DNA from: a virus
Reading direction: 5' to 3' (one strand)
DNA length: 64,000 bases
IMG/VR virus record: IMGVR_UViG_3300027782_000035
Below, one piece after another: positions 9,479 to 18,378 of the stretch. Under the pieces are notes generated by a model. The model made no database searches and was not told the DNA's origin. It saw only the letters and a program-made list of their open reading frames with translations. Position 1 is the stretch's first letter. Each line of letters opens with the position of its first letter. Made by a program: the position numbers and the translations under genes.

Positions 9479-9705
9479 GGATTCACCCAATAGTTTTCAA
9501 TGTTAAACTCCACATCGCCGACTTCTTTTTCTAAGTCTGCATCAGGGATGTCATCTTCGATAGAGTAAACCTCACGAATATACTCATTCCTGTATGCCAT
9601 AGCTGATTCCTTGGTCTTGAAGACTCCGAGGATATTATCGCGCTCGTAATCATTCTCATCAAACTTTATGAGAATGAATACTTTTTCATTAAGAACAAAC
9701 TTCAT
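9475..9705 (-). CDS. Hypothetical protein
   Basis: ATGA-coupled ORF with GGAG SD. Confidence 0.6.
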   Translation of the reverse strand: MKFVLNEKVFILIKFDENDYERDNILGVFKTKESAMAYRNEYIREVYSIEDDIPDADLEKEVGDVEFNIENYWVNP

Positions 9706-9986
9706 TCTATAACTCCAAAATGTTCTTTAATCTCGTCCCTAATCTCTTTCAATGCGGCATAGGTCCATTCACACGCCATTTCACCAGCGGCACTGTTACC
9801 AACAGGAATTTGATGTGTTTCAATCTTGTCAATACATTCTTTCACAATCAACTCGGCGAATTTTTCTAACTGTAGCTCACGCTGTTGTTTTGACACAGGA
9901 TTATCTAAAAAGTCAACTGCATCTTTGGTTTCATACAATGCATCGACGGTAGCCTCTTCCCAAAGTTGTTTAATTCGTTCGTTCAT
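9702..9986 (-). CDS. Hypothetical protein, MNERIK...FAELIV.EC...HFGV family
   Basis: Paralogous to the C-terminal half of 10329-10778. Confidence 0.65.
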   Translation of the reverse strand: MNERIKQLWEEATVDALYETKDAVDFLDNPVSKQQRELQLEKFAELIVKECIDKIETHQIPVGNSAAGEMACEWTYAALKEIRDEIKEHFGVIE

Positions 9987-10168
9987 AATTTTAAGTCCCT
10001 CATCCAAACTTCACCATCAATAATTTCAAAGTCACCACGCATATATCTCTCACGAAGCATTCTACGATGTTCTTTACGTTCTTTCTTTTTGGCCAGATAT
10101 CCAGTAGACTCAAACCAAACTTGTAAGCAATGGCGTGTTTGTTTGGTACGCTTTACTTTCATTTTCAT
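9983..10168 (-). CDS. Small basic hypothetical protein
   Basis: Coupled ORF. Confidence 0.5.
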   Translation of the reverse strand: MKMKVKRTKQTRHCLQVWFESTGYLAKKKERKEHRRMLRERYMRGDFEIIDGEVWMRDLKL

Positions 10169-10328
10169 TCTTCAACTCCAGACTGTTTCAAGACCAATTT
10201 AAATTCAATTGAATCAATTTCAATCGGCACAGAAACTTTTTCTTTGATCAGTTGGTGTCGTCCTTCAGTATTTGTTCTACCAAGCAAGACACCATTATAA
10301 TATACTTCCCATTCGTATCGCTCGTCAA

Positions 10329-10778
10329 TCATTCTTCACGCTCCGCTACTCCGAAATGATCAAGAACATATCGACCAATAGAGTCGTGCGCATGGTTCTG
10401 TTGATGGATTGTTGCAATATCAGCGCATTCACGAATAATAGCCTCAGCAAATATTTCCAATTGACGCTCACGTTGTTGTTTTGATACAGGATTATCTAAA
10501 AAGTCAACCGCATCTTTAGTTTCATGCAGTGCATAAACAGTGGCTTCATCTAACAGTTCTTTAATTCTCGTTTTACCCATAGAATAATTCCGAGCTTTAG
10601 CAAACTCTTCATATTTCTTTTGAGTGCCAATACTATATCCACCATCTCCGGCATATAGATCGGCACCTGCTTTAATGTTCTCGTTCTCGCATGCGTCCAA
10701 CCTATCATATACGGATCTGATACTATTCTCGCACCGTTCTATTTCTTTTTCTAAATCAGCCATTCTTTTTTCATTCAT
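10329..10778 (-). CDS. Hypothetical protein with duplicated TKDAVDFLDNPVSKQQRE segment
   Basis: Near-identical block shared with 9702-9986. Confidence 0.65.
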   Translation of the reverse strand: MNEKRMADLEKEIERCENSIRSVYDRLDACENENIKAGADLYAGDGGYSIGTQKKYEEFAKARNYSMGKTRIKELLDEATVYALHETKDAVDFLDNPVSKQQRERQLEIFAEAIIRECADIATIHQQNHAHDSIGRYVLDHFGVAEREE

Positions 10779-10921
10779 TCTTCAACTCCAAATACTTCTT
10801 CTTCTACCGCCGTCAACAGGATGTTGGCAAACTCCTGACAAAAGATACTAAACCAAAGAGTATTCAATACTTCCTCAGGAGCACCAGCTTCGATTGCAAT
10901 TGTCTTTAATTCTTCGTTCAT
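10775..10921 (-). CDS. Small hypothetical protein ending FGVEE (not in ORF track)
   Basis: MNEELKTIAIEAGAPEEV...EFANILL...FGVEE. Confidence 0.5.
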   Translation of the reverse strand: MNEELKTIAIEAGAPEEVLNTLWFSIFCQEFANILLTAVEEEVFGVEE

Positions 10922-11137
10922 ATAATTCCGATCACGTTCCGTTTCAAGGTTAAAATTTCTGGCGGGTTTTTTTTAAAACCCTTTTACAGGAATAAAATTC
11001 CTGCGGGATTTTTTTACCACAGTGTCAAATCAACTTGAATTCCGTTTTCAGCTGAAAAACTATGGAAGGACGCTATAGGCCCAGTAGCAGGAGCGGCCAC
11101 TTTATTTTTTAATACTGACCATTGCAAGTACCGGGGG

Positions 11138-11329
11138 CTAGCTCAAGTACTCGGTGTGAGCAGGGCTGTCGAGATAGTCTTCGTCCTTGGCTACGCTAGC
11201 GACCCACTTCAGCGCTTCGGCATGAGGGATCCTATACTCTAGCGCGATCTCCTCGGCGATACGATCGTAGTCACCTATCTGATATAGGCGATTCTCGATC
11301 TGTGCGTGAATTTCACTCATCTTGCTCAT
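11138..11329 (-). CDS. Hypothetical early protein
   Basis: Operon context; starts MSKMSE. Confidence 0.6.
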   Translation of the reverse strand: MSKMSEIHAQIENRLYQIGDYDRIAEEIALEYRIPHAEALKWVASVAKDEDYLDSPAHTEYLS

Positions 11330-11331
11330 GA

Positions 11332-11550
11332 TTACTTGCCTTTCGTTCCATAAGCTTGCTTGTTCTTGGCGCCTTTAGGACGTCCACGGCCGCGGGCTGG
11401 AGCATCGAAGACTTTGGCCTCGATGTTCATTTCAGCTAGCTTACCGGAGTATGCCTCAGCTGCTTGATGTACCAGACCGCGGGAGGTAATGGTAACCACT
11501 CCACCAGTGGCTTTGGAGATGTAGGTGGATCCGACTTTGAGTACTTGCAT
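11332..11550 (-). CDS. Small protein with AT-hook-like RGRGRPKG motif
   Basis: RGRGRPKGAKNK; AAGGA SD. Confidence 0.6.
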   Translation of the reverse strand: MQVLKVGSTYISKATGGVVTITSRGLVHQAAEAYSGKLAEMNIEAKVFDAPARGRGRPKGAKNKQAYGTKGK

Positions 11551-11610
11551 GATATATCCTTTGTATAGACAGGGGGTGGTCTGGAGACCAGGGGTGGTAG
11601 CAACCAGTGG

Positions 11611-12537
11611 TTAGTTGCAGAGAATGTAGGTAGCCATGCCTTTCCAGTTTTTGTTGCCAGAGGCACGGATCTTAGTGACCGAGATCAGAGTGCGGAGGCT
11701 GATTTCCTTAGCATCATCTTTGAGGGAAGTGATAAGTTCCAAAGCATCTTTCTTCTGATCAGCAGTGAATTCTGGCATGAATTCGTCTGATTGAGCGATG
11801 ACTTCCATGCGTTCGATCTTCTGGTCTTCGGTCATAGTCAGGTCAACCATCATGCTACGTGAGCGGATAGCCTGGTCAATCTTGTCTTGGGACAAGTTGC
11901 TGATGAAGATTACACGACCTTTGAATTCGAAAGATCGTGGAAGATCGTCGTCCTTACCAAAGCCGGTTTCTGCATTCCAAGAGATGATACGCTTGCCGTA
12001 GGAGTCCAAAGCAGACTTGAGCAAGTTCAGCGCAACTGGATCTTTGAGGATGCTGTCGCAGTCGTCGAACACGATCACAGAGTCTTTGTTCTCGTAGAGA
12101 GTACGATAGAGGCCCTTAGGAGTAGAGTAGCCTTTGACCGAGGTGAAGGAATTCTTGCGATTCAGAACTGAACCAACTTCCAGAGCACCTGCATCAGACA
12201 GATCTTTCAGACCTGACTTGACAAGAGTCTTGTTCACAGTGTAGGTCTTGCCGAGGCCACCTTCACCGGTGATTACAGCCGAGGGAGTTAAGCCTGAGGC
12301 GATCATGTTAACCAGACCTTCAACGAATTCGAAGCGCTCGTTGATGTCGAACTTCTCAGCCTTGGATTCTTTCTTGGATCCAACGATCTGCTCGAAGGTC
12401 TTCTTGTCGCCAGTGATTTTCTTGTACATGTATTCGATGTAGTCCTGTTTGCCAGTAGAGAATTTGTTACCGTTGATTACACAAGTGAACTTGTTAGAGG
12501 TTTTGTTGAAGGTAATCTGAACGTTTGCCTGAGTCAT
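11611..12537 (-). CDS. AAA+ family P-loop ATPase (early)
   Basis: GEGGLGKT Walker A, VFDDCD Walker B, IFISN, AIRSRS; has its own early promoter. Confidence 0.85.
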   Translation of the reverse strand: MTQANVQITFNKTSNKFTCVINGNKFSTGKQDYIEYMYKKITGDKKTFEQIVGSKKESKAEKFDINERFEFVEGLVNMIASGLTPSAVITGEGGLGKTYTVNKTLVKSGLKDLSDAGALEVGSVLNRKNSFTSVKGYSTPKGLYRTLYENKDSVIVFDDCDSILKDPVALNLLKSALDSYGKRIISWNAETGFGKDDDLPRSFEFKGRVIFISNLSQDKIDQAIRSRSMMVDLTMTEDQKIERMEVIAQSDEFMPEFTADQKKDALELITSLKDDAKEISLRTLISVTKIRASGNKNWKGMATYILCN

Positions 12538-12568
12538 TTTGTGGTCCTTTTCTTGATTTGTTAGAGTA

Positions 12569-12630
12569 ATTCTATCAAATAACGTATTTTCTGTACACCG
12601 TTTCTGCAGAAGTTGACTAAATTAGTCAAC
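12569..12630 (-). promoter_or_regulatory. Early promoter with upstream palindrome GTTGACT-N5-AGTCAAC
   Basis: TGTACA-N17-TAGAAT at 12597-12569; perfect inverted repeat at 12612-12630. Confidence 0.75.
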
Positions 12631-12730
12631 TATTGTCAGGGTTGCATTGTAACCAGAAAGTAATAAAAAAGCGGGCCGAAAAACAGACCCGCAAGAACGG
12701 TTGCCTGAAGCAACTCGACCACAAAACGCT

Positions 12731-12967
12731 TCATACACGCTCCTCGATGATCATCTCGCCAAGGATGTATTTTGCCACATTCATCTGCTTGCGGACGTGT
12801 TCTACTGAACGAGGACCTGCGCCCATCGCCAGCATTTCCTGGCAGTCCGACAAGATGCCCATCACGACCATCTCCATGCCGGAGATACGTGCCGTTAGGG
12901 ATTCCATGTACTGCGTGCGGATGTCTTCCTGAGACATGCCGTAGCAGTTCTTTTCGAATTCATTCAT
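12731..12967 (-). CDS. Hypothetical early protein
   Basis: MNEFEKNCYGMS; AAGGA SD and promoter upstream. Confidence 0.65.
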   Translation of the reverse strand: MNEFEKNCYGMSQEDIRTQYMESLTARISGMEMVVMGILSDCQEMLAMGAGPRSVEHVRKQMNVAKYILGEMIIEERV

Positions 12968-12997
12968 GTGAGGTCCTTTGCTCGATTTGTTAGAACA

Positions 12998-13060
12998 ATT
13001 ATACCTCAGGACGTATTTTCTGTACACTCTTTTGTGCAGAAGTTGACTAAATTAGTCGGG
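12998..13060 (-). promoter_or_regulatory. Early promoter plus palindrome variant
   Basis: TGTACA-N17-TATAAT; GTTGACTAAATTAGTCGGG. Confidence 0.7.
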
Positions 13061-13283
13061 TATTATTATGAATACTTTGGTTTTCAAGACGCCGCGCTGC
13101 GAAGGTCACCTGCATCGACGGATAAATACGGCTCGCGTCCACTCGTTTACCACTTTTTACCACTTTCTACCACCGAATAGGTGTCACCACCTGATACTAC
13201 ATACACCGAATTCTGCTAATAGTAGACTAGATCTCTTCTCAAGAATCTCATTCAACTTTATGAATGTCTTCACGCGCTGGTTT

Positions 13284-13598
13284 TCATAGGTCGCTTTCTT
13301 CTATTAGTTTGATTGATGTCTTTGTGTCTTTCAACTTCTCTACAAAGCCTGAATAGATCGAGGCTGAATAGGAACTCATGCCATAGTTACTCTTGACACA
13401 GGTATAGACGCTTCCTGATTCGTTCTCGATTTCGTAGAATGTGCCCTTGTCGTGGACTGCTGTGATGCCAGAACTTAGGCGCCACGCATCGGAACCGGCG
13501 AAGCCACCGTACCAAGCTGATAGGATCTTACGAATTGGAATGTCACCGAGTGTGGAGAACTCTAGAATGACCCAACGATCAGGATGATATAAACTCAT
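13284..13598 (-). CDS. Conserved phage hypothetical protein
   Basis: Y.PD.W, W.GG..G.D.WRLSSGI, SGS.Y.C motifs. Confidence 0.75.
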   Translation of the reverse strand: MSLYHPDRWVILEFSTLGDIPIRKILSAWYGGFAGSDAWRLSSGITAVHDKGTFYEIENESGSVYTCVKSNYGMSSYSASIYSGFVEKLKDTKTSIKLIEESDL

Positions 13599-13692
13599 GC
13601 TTATTTCTTCTCGTTCTTCTTGGGTTTTGGATGTCCCTGCTTGTGATATCTGCCGGGACCACGCTTGGTTGCTGATGGATTCTTGCTGTGAC

Positions 13693-13935
13693 TCATGTTG
13701 ATTTCCTTTTCTTTAATGTGTTACCCTTAACACGGATGATGTTGATGATCCTATCGTCATGCTTGATGGGAAGATCAAGCATGACTGAGACCATCAGGCC
13801 TTCTTCCTCGGATCGCATTCCTTCGAATCCTGTCGTGCCGACGAAGGGAATGCCCTCGTACTTGCCTTCGACTCGATCTCCAAGGATGAAGCTACCTTTT
13901 GGACGATTCTTTTCAAAGTACTCTGCGAGATTCAT
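13693..13935 (-). CDS. Hypothetical protein
   Basis: Probable start at MNLAEYFEKN. Confidence 0.55.
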   Translation of the reverse strand: MNLAEYFEKNRPKGSFILGDRVEGKYEGIPFVGTTGFEGMRSEEEGLMVSVMLDLPIKHDDRIINIIRVKGNTLKKRKST

Positions 13936-14149
13936 GAATAATCCACTCCTCGATCCCGGCATAGTAACCAGTGTCCTCGTCATAGAATTCAAATTCCTCT
14001 TCAGCAAGTACGACATCGGAGCCAAAGTATTCAACGAGCTCGTCGAGATGCTCCTTTGCGTCTTCCCTTGAGCTATAGACATTCTTAATGGGATTGAAGT
14101 CCATGTATGGATCTACGCACTGCTCAATGACAATATAGACTTTAGGCAT
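13913..14149 (-). CDS. Hypothetical acidic protein
   Basis: GGAG SD; operon context. Confidence 0.55.
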   Translation of the reverse strand: MPKVYIVIEQCVDPYMDFNPIKNVYSSREDAKEHLDELVEYFGSDVVLAEEEFEFYDEDTGYYAGIEEWIIHESRRVL

Positions 14150-14432
14150 ATTCTATCTCCATAGTTTCGTACACACGATCTACAGCTTCACCTTTCAGAC
14201 CGCCAATGTGCCAGCCATACTCACCTCGAGGTGTATAGATTTCCTTCCAGTCGTAGATCGTGGCGATCGTACCATCGCGGAACTTGATGCACCATTCGCA
14301 GGTCACCTTGTCGCCGCTGTCTTCGGGTCCGTAGGTCGGAGCACCGAATACTCGCACGAGTTCGTCGTACGTAGTGACAATGCGGCCTTTGAGAGAGGTG
14401 CCATTTACTAGCTTAGTCTTGGTGAACTTCAT
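14142..14432 (-). CDS. Conserved phage hypothetical protein
   Basis: GTSL.G, DKVTCEW, ATIYDWK, WHIGG. Confidence 0.7.
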   Translation of the reverse strand: MKFTKTKLVNGTSLKGRIVTTYDELVRVFGAPTYGPEDSGDKVTCEWCIKFRDGTIATIYDWKEIYTPRGEYGWHIGGLKGEAVDRVYETMEIEYA

Positions 14433-14719
14433 GCATGCCGCTCCTGAACATAGACATCGATGCGTTGGGCATCTTCCATTTTGATTGATTTGATCCACTG
14501 AAAGCGATACTTCGCTGCGGCAGGGTTACCCTGCCCGAGACGTGGCTTGAGGCATACGCGATAGATCACAGGCTTTTCGCCGGTCCACTTTGCTCGCTGC
14601 TTGGCTAGCGTGTTCGAGGTACGTACGGTTTTGCGTACGATGTCGATTTGTTGTATATCGTTCACCGACATAGGATCTGCCGTGAAGATGTAGTTAGGAG
14701 TACGAGGTTTGATTTTCAT
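14429..14719 (-). CDS. Hypothetical protein
   Basis: Directly behind an early promoter (possibly leaderless). Confidence 0.6.
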   Translation of the reverse strand: MKIKPRTPNYIFTADPMSVNDIQQIDIVRKTVRTSNTLAKQRAKWTGEKPVIYRVCLKPRLGQGNPAAAKYRFQWIKSIKMEDAQRIDVYVQERHA

Positions 14720-14725
14720 GATTAA

Positions 14726-14754
14726 ATTATATCAGGTTGACGAATATTTGTACA
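14726..14754 (-). promoter_or_regulatory. Early promoter
   Basis: TGTACA-N17-TATAAT. Confidence 0.7.
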
Positions 14755-14758
14755 GGGC

Positions 14759-15076
14759 TTAAAGAGAAAGTTCCTGCGCACCGTAGGTGATCTTGCCCTC
14801 GTACTCCCATTGGCTACGCTCGAAATCTGTGAGGTAGTCATCAGCCACGATTTCCCAACCGATGATCTGCTCGCGGTACGCATCGTTATCTTGCTCGATC
14901 TTGGGACGTAGAGCCATCACAGTCTCTGTGACACGGTTGAAGTCCTTGAAGTTCTTCAGCACGTAATCACTGCCACCCTTCGCCTTCCAGTAGGCGTTTT
15001 CGCCGGTGCCGAGGGAACCGTCCTCGTTCCAGGCGTAGTTTTCGTAAACTTGAGTGGTGATGAGAAGTTTTGCCAT
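14759..15076 (-). CDS. Conserved phage hypothetical protein
   Basis: TQ..ENY, YWK.KGG. Confidence 0.7.
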   Translation of the reverse strand: MAKLLITTQVYENYAWNEDGSLGTGENAYWKAKGGSDYVLKNFKDFNRVTETVMALRPKIEQDNDAYREQIIGWEIVADDYLTDFERSQWEYEGKITYGAQELSL

Positions 15077-15105
15077 GTTTGCCCTTTGCTTGATTTGTTA
15101 GAACA

Positions 15106-15165
15106 ATTATATCAAATTAACGATTTACTGTAAACAACTTTGTGAGTAGTTGACTAAAACTAGCT
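15106..15165 (-). promoter_or_regulatory. Early promoter plus palindrome half-site
   Basis: TTTACA-N17-TATAAT; GTTGACTAAAAC. Confidence 0.65.
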
Positions 15166-15178
15166 GTATACTTCGGTA

Positions 15179-15373
15179 TTACAGTTTTTCAAGTTCAAGG
15201 TAGACTGCCTCACGTACCGCAGTGTCGGTCGCTTCGCCAAAGCCTTCCTTTTGTGACAGCTCGTAGAGTTCCATTTCAACTTGATCCCAATTCATATTCA
15301 GGATCCTAGCGCTACGTACGATACGAGCGACTGCATCATTACCAAACACAGTGAACATTGCGAAGTCATTCAT
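15179..15373 (-). CDS. Hypothetical protein
   Basis: MNDFAMFT..GN; AAGGAG SD. Confidence 0.6.
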   Translation of the reverse strand: MNDFAMFTVFGNDAVARIVRSARILNMNWDQVEMELYELSQKEGFGEATDTAVREAVYLELEKL

Positions 15374-15374
15374 A

Positions 15375-15647
15375 TTAAGCTCCTTTACGCAGCATGCTTG
15401 CTGGCACCAAGTAACGACCTGAAGTACTTTCAACCACGACTTTTGTACGCTTTACTTCGCGAACCTTACCAGTCACACGATTGCCAAACTTACTCGAAGT
15501 GTAAGTCACTGTGTCACCTGGCATGAAGTTAAACGTAGCCGTACGATTGTTCATACGTTGCTTTTCCTTGACGACTGTCACGATCTGACGATTCAGTTTC
15601 AAGAGGTCTTCGATAGTCATTGCATTCATTTGAGTTGCTGTAAGCAT
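15375..15647 (-). CDS. Hypothetical protein with SH3/KOW-like C-terminus
   Basis: PGDTV...VTGKV..V.RTKVVV...YLVPASML. Confidence 0.65.
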   Translation of the reverse strand: MLTATQMNAMTIEDLLKLNRQIVTVVKEKQRMNNRTATFNFMPGDTVTYTSSKFGNRVTGKVREVKRTKVVVESTSGRYLVPASMLRKGA

Positions 15648-15676
15648 TTGGGTTCCTTTTTTGATTTGTTAGATAG

Positions 15677-15737
15677 ATTCTATCAAATAGACGATTTATT
15701 GTACACCGTTATTTAATAGTTGACTAAAACAGTCGGG
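15677..15737 (-). promoter_or_regulatory. Early promoter plus palindrome (~55-bp block repeated at 16061 and 28978)
   Basis: attctatcaaatagacgatttattgtacaccgttatttaatagttgactaaaacagt. Confidence 0.75.
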
Positions 15738-15739
15738 TA

Positions 15740-16054
15740 TTAGTCGCCTGAGTCGATTTCATAAGATGAAACACAGTGTTTGCAGGTGTAACGAGTAAGA
15801 CAACGTCCAATCGTAGTACTGGTGTATTCATGTTTGCAAGGCGTTCCATCCTCACGGAGAGGCACCTGACCACTTGGACGACCGTACATGGTCTGTCCTC
15901 CACAGTTGTTACAAGGGAGCGTATCAGTCTCCTTGTCATAACCAGCATATACGTCCTTGTAACGTTGTTCGAAGTCGAACAGTCCACGACGCTTTGAGCC
16001 ATTACACACGGGACAGATCCCGTACTCTTTTTGAAGTTGTATTTGATTTTCCAT
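15740..16054 (-). CDS. Cys-rich zinc-binding protein
   Basis: CPVCNG, CNNCGG, C.H, CKHC. Confidence 0.7.
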   Translation of the reverse strand: MENQIQLQKEYGICPVCNGSKRRGLFDFEQRYKDVYAGYDKETDTLPCNNCGGQTMYGRPSGQVPLREDGTPCKHEYTSTTIGRCLTRYTCKHCVSSYEIDSGD

Positions 16055-16060
16055 AGTAGT

Positions 16061-16121
16061 ATTCTATCAAATAGACGATTTATTGTACACCGTTATTTAA
16101 TAGTTGACTAAAACAGTATAC
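16061..16121 (-). promoter_or_regulatory. Early promoter plus palindrome variant
   Basis: Identical to the 15677 block over ~57 bp. Confidence 0.75.
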
Positions 16122-16128
16122 TATTTCA

Positions 16129-16320
16129 TCAGATGAAATTCGACCCTAAAAGGAAGGATTTGAATTCTTGAATACTTTGGTTTTCACCTTGGACTGTAAA
16201 ATATCCAAGTTCAAGATCTGATTCATTTTCGATGATTCGTAAATCCAAAGTATTCAGATCATCGAAAATAGTAGAAACGTATTCTAAAAGAATTACGAAA
16301 GAAAATTTACAATTTGACAT
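16129..16320 (-). CDS. Hypothetical protein
   Basis: GGAG SD; promoter at 16340-16368. Confidence 0.55.
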   Translation of the reverse strand: MSNCKFSFVILLEYVSTIFDDLNTLDLRIIENESDLELGYFTVQGENQSIQEFKSFLLGSNFI

Positions 16321-16372
16321 TTTTTACTCCGAAAAGTAGATTATATCAAATTGACGATTTATTGTACACAGG

Positions 16373-16651
16373 CTACTCACGACTCCACACGGCGCCATCA
16401 TCAACAAATTGATTGGATGTAAGATGCGGTGCATTCATATCTGGTGGAGATACCGGAGCATCACGGTCCTCATCCCAATTCAAACTCCAAGCACGCTCTT
16501 GGCCTGCATCAGTGTACAGCATCTTATCACGCATCTTTTGCTTGTACTCGTCATCACGCCCCATGTTAGAACACGTCTTCGAACAGAATGTCCCCTTCTT
16601 TCGATGCGTTAGACTACACGTTGGACACACTTTCTCTCTATATTGGCCCAT
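16373..16651 (-). CDS. Zinc-ribbon hypothetical protein
   Basis: CPTC...FCSKTCSN; GGAGG SD before MGQY. Confidence 0.6.
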   Translation of the reverse strand: MGQYREKVCPTCSLTHRKKGTFCSKTCSNMGRDDEYKQKMRDKMLYTDAGQERAWSLNWDEDRDAPVSPPDMNAPHLTSNQFVDDGAVWSRE

Positions 16652-16664
16652 AAACCCTCCATAA

Positions 16665-16672
16665 TATAAATA
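16665..16672 (+). promoter_or_regulatory. T4-type late promoter TATAAATA driving the plus-strand island
   Basis: Exact gp55 consensus ~33 nt upstream of ORF 16706. Confidence 0.65.
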
Positions 16673-16705
16673 TGTATAATCCCGACAATATAGAAAGTGT
16701 GTTAA

Positions 16706-16948
16706 ATGCACAAAAGAATCGCTACAGCGGTGCTTTTTGTCATGGTAATATTATGTCTAACTCAAGCAAGTTCATCTTCACCATTATATGGAGGTGATAA
16801 ACCTAATGTAGCAAAAGAAATTCCTTCTAGAGAGAAAGAAGTAAAACTCAATTACGGTGTTGCTGAATGTGTTAGAACTGCTTGGATTGGTGATATTAAT
16901 AGGACACTAATTTGTGTCGAGTACCGCTACAAAAAAGAAGTTAAGTAA
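16706..16948 (+). CDS. Secreted hypothetical protein
   Basis: Signal peptide-like N-terminus. Confidence 0.6.
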   Translation: MHKRIATAVLFVMVILCLTQASSSSPLYGGDKPNVAKEIPSREKEVKLNYGVAECVRTAWIGDINRTLICVEYRYKKEVK

Positions 16949-17718
16949 TGGATCCGCTAACGCTATTCGCTCTTGCTAATGGTGCAGTATCTGCGATCAA
17001 GGCCGGGTGCAAACTTTATAAAGACATCAAAGGTGCAGCTGGAGATATTAAGGATGTACTCAAAGATCTAGATGAGCAGTTTCATGGTGCATATGCAGCA
17101 AAGGGAAAGACACCTCCACCTGCTGCAGTCAAACAACTGAATGAAGAAAAAGCGAGAATAAAGGATTTAAATCAGAAAGATTCAGGTGACATTTATTTCG
17201 AACTTGGTCAACATCTTGGTGCTTTCTTTGACAATCAAGCAAAATGTATAGCAGTATTTGAAGCAGAAGAAAAAAGATCATATGATTTATACACTGGTGA
17301 TTCTTCTGTAGGTGCTCGTGCCCTACAAAGAGTACTGATGAAAAAGAAACTCGAACAAATGGAAGTAGAGTTACGTGAGGTAATGATATATCAAAGTCCA
17401 CCAGAACTTGGCGCTCTATGGACAGAAGTGTTACAGCAGTCTAAGATACTAAATGCAAGACAGGCAATTGCATTAAAGAAACAAATTGAAGCGCAACATA
17501 AACAAGATGTTGAACATGCTAAATTTATGAAAAAGGTGTATACAGTAACTTGGTGGGTATGTGGATTTATAGGAATATTATTACTAGCTTTTGCCATGAT
17601 GGTATTCGTTGCTCAAGATAGAATGCAAAAGTATCCTCAGTTGGGTTATGAGTTATTTCCAAAAACTGAGAAACAAAGAAGACAGGAAGCCATGCCTAAA
17701 GAATATATTGGAAGATAA
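16948..17718 (+). CDS. Coiled-coil membrane-anchored protein
   Basis: MDPLTL..A N-terminus; coiled coil; C-terminal TM helix. Confidence 0.7.
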   Translation: MDPLTLFALANGAVSAIKAGCKLYKDIKGAAGDIKDVLKDLDEQFHGAYAAKGKTPPPAAVKQLNEEKARIKDLNQKDSGDIYFELGQHLGAFFDNQAKCIAVFEAEEKRSYDLYTGDSSVGARALQRVLMKKKLEQMEVELREVMIYQSPPELGALWTEVLQQSKILNARQAIALKKQIEAQHKQDVEHAKFMKKVYTVTWWVCGFIGILLLAFAMMVFVAQDRMQKYPQLGYELFPKTEKQRRQEAMPKEYIGR

Positions 17719-17719
17719 T

Positions 17720-18001
17720 ATGAAAGCACTAGCATTATTAATACTTGGTTTTTCGCTATCCGTTCAGGCGCAAGTACAAACATTTACATACAACTATCAA
17801 GTGATTTGTGGTCCAACGATCCCAATAATAGAATTTCTTTCTAAAACACAAAAAGAAGAATTGACTTGGATAGGATCAGATATTTCAGATGGATCATCAT
17901 ATTCTTTATGGGAAGATAAAGACGGTAACTGGACACTACTAAAAAAAGGTAGAGAAATTGCTTGTATCATAGGTTCTGGTACAAAACCAAAGATTATATA
18001 A
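17720..18001 (+). CDS. Secreted hypothetical protein
   Basis: MKALALLILGFSLSVQA signal peptide; WTLL...ACIIGSG. Confidence 0.65.
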   Translation: MKALALLILGFSLSVQAQVQTFTYNYQVICGPTIPIIEFLSKTQKEELTWIGSDISDGSSYSLWEDKDGNWTLLKKGREIACIIGSGTKPKII

Positions 18002-18022
18002 CAATAAAAAAGGAAGACTAAA

Positions 18023-18374
18023 ATGGCAGAAGAAAACAAAAAAGAAGATCAAAAAGGTGCATTCATTGAGAAACTACTATTTGCGCTATTACCACTATTA
18101 ATCGGTAGCACTGGCTATCTAATTAGTGCATTGGGCGCAATTCAACATGATGTTACAATTCTAAATCAAAAAGTTAGTTTGGTTGTTACAACAGATAACA
18201 AGCAAGCAAGCAAGCAATAGTGGTGCTGAATTGGCACGTGAAAAACTACGTCAAGACTTGGAAAAAGAAATTCAAAAGAACCGTGATGCTATCATGGAGA
18301 ATCGTCAACACATTGCTATCCTTGAAGATAGACAGGGCATGACACAAAAGAAAATTCCTTCAATGAAGGAATAG
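18023..18374 (+). pseudogene. Membrane coiled-coil protein split by a frameshift in a (CAAG)4 repeat
   Basis: Removing one CAAG unit at 18199-18214 fuses ORFs 18023-18220 and 18183-18374 in frame (..TTDNKQASNSGAELAREKL..). Confidence 0.6.
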
Positions 18375-18378
18375 TAAC

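Noticed and set aside
12569-16368. Regularly recurring ~30-55-bp repeats as a CRISPR array
   Set aside because: They are separated by whole genes, vary in sequence and fit a -35/-10 promoter; no cas genes are present.
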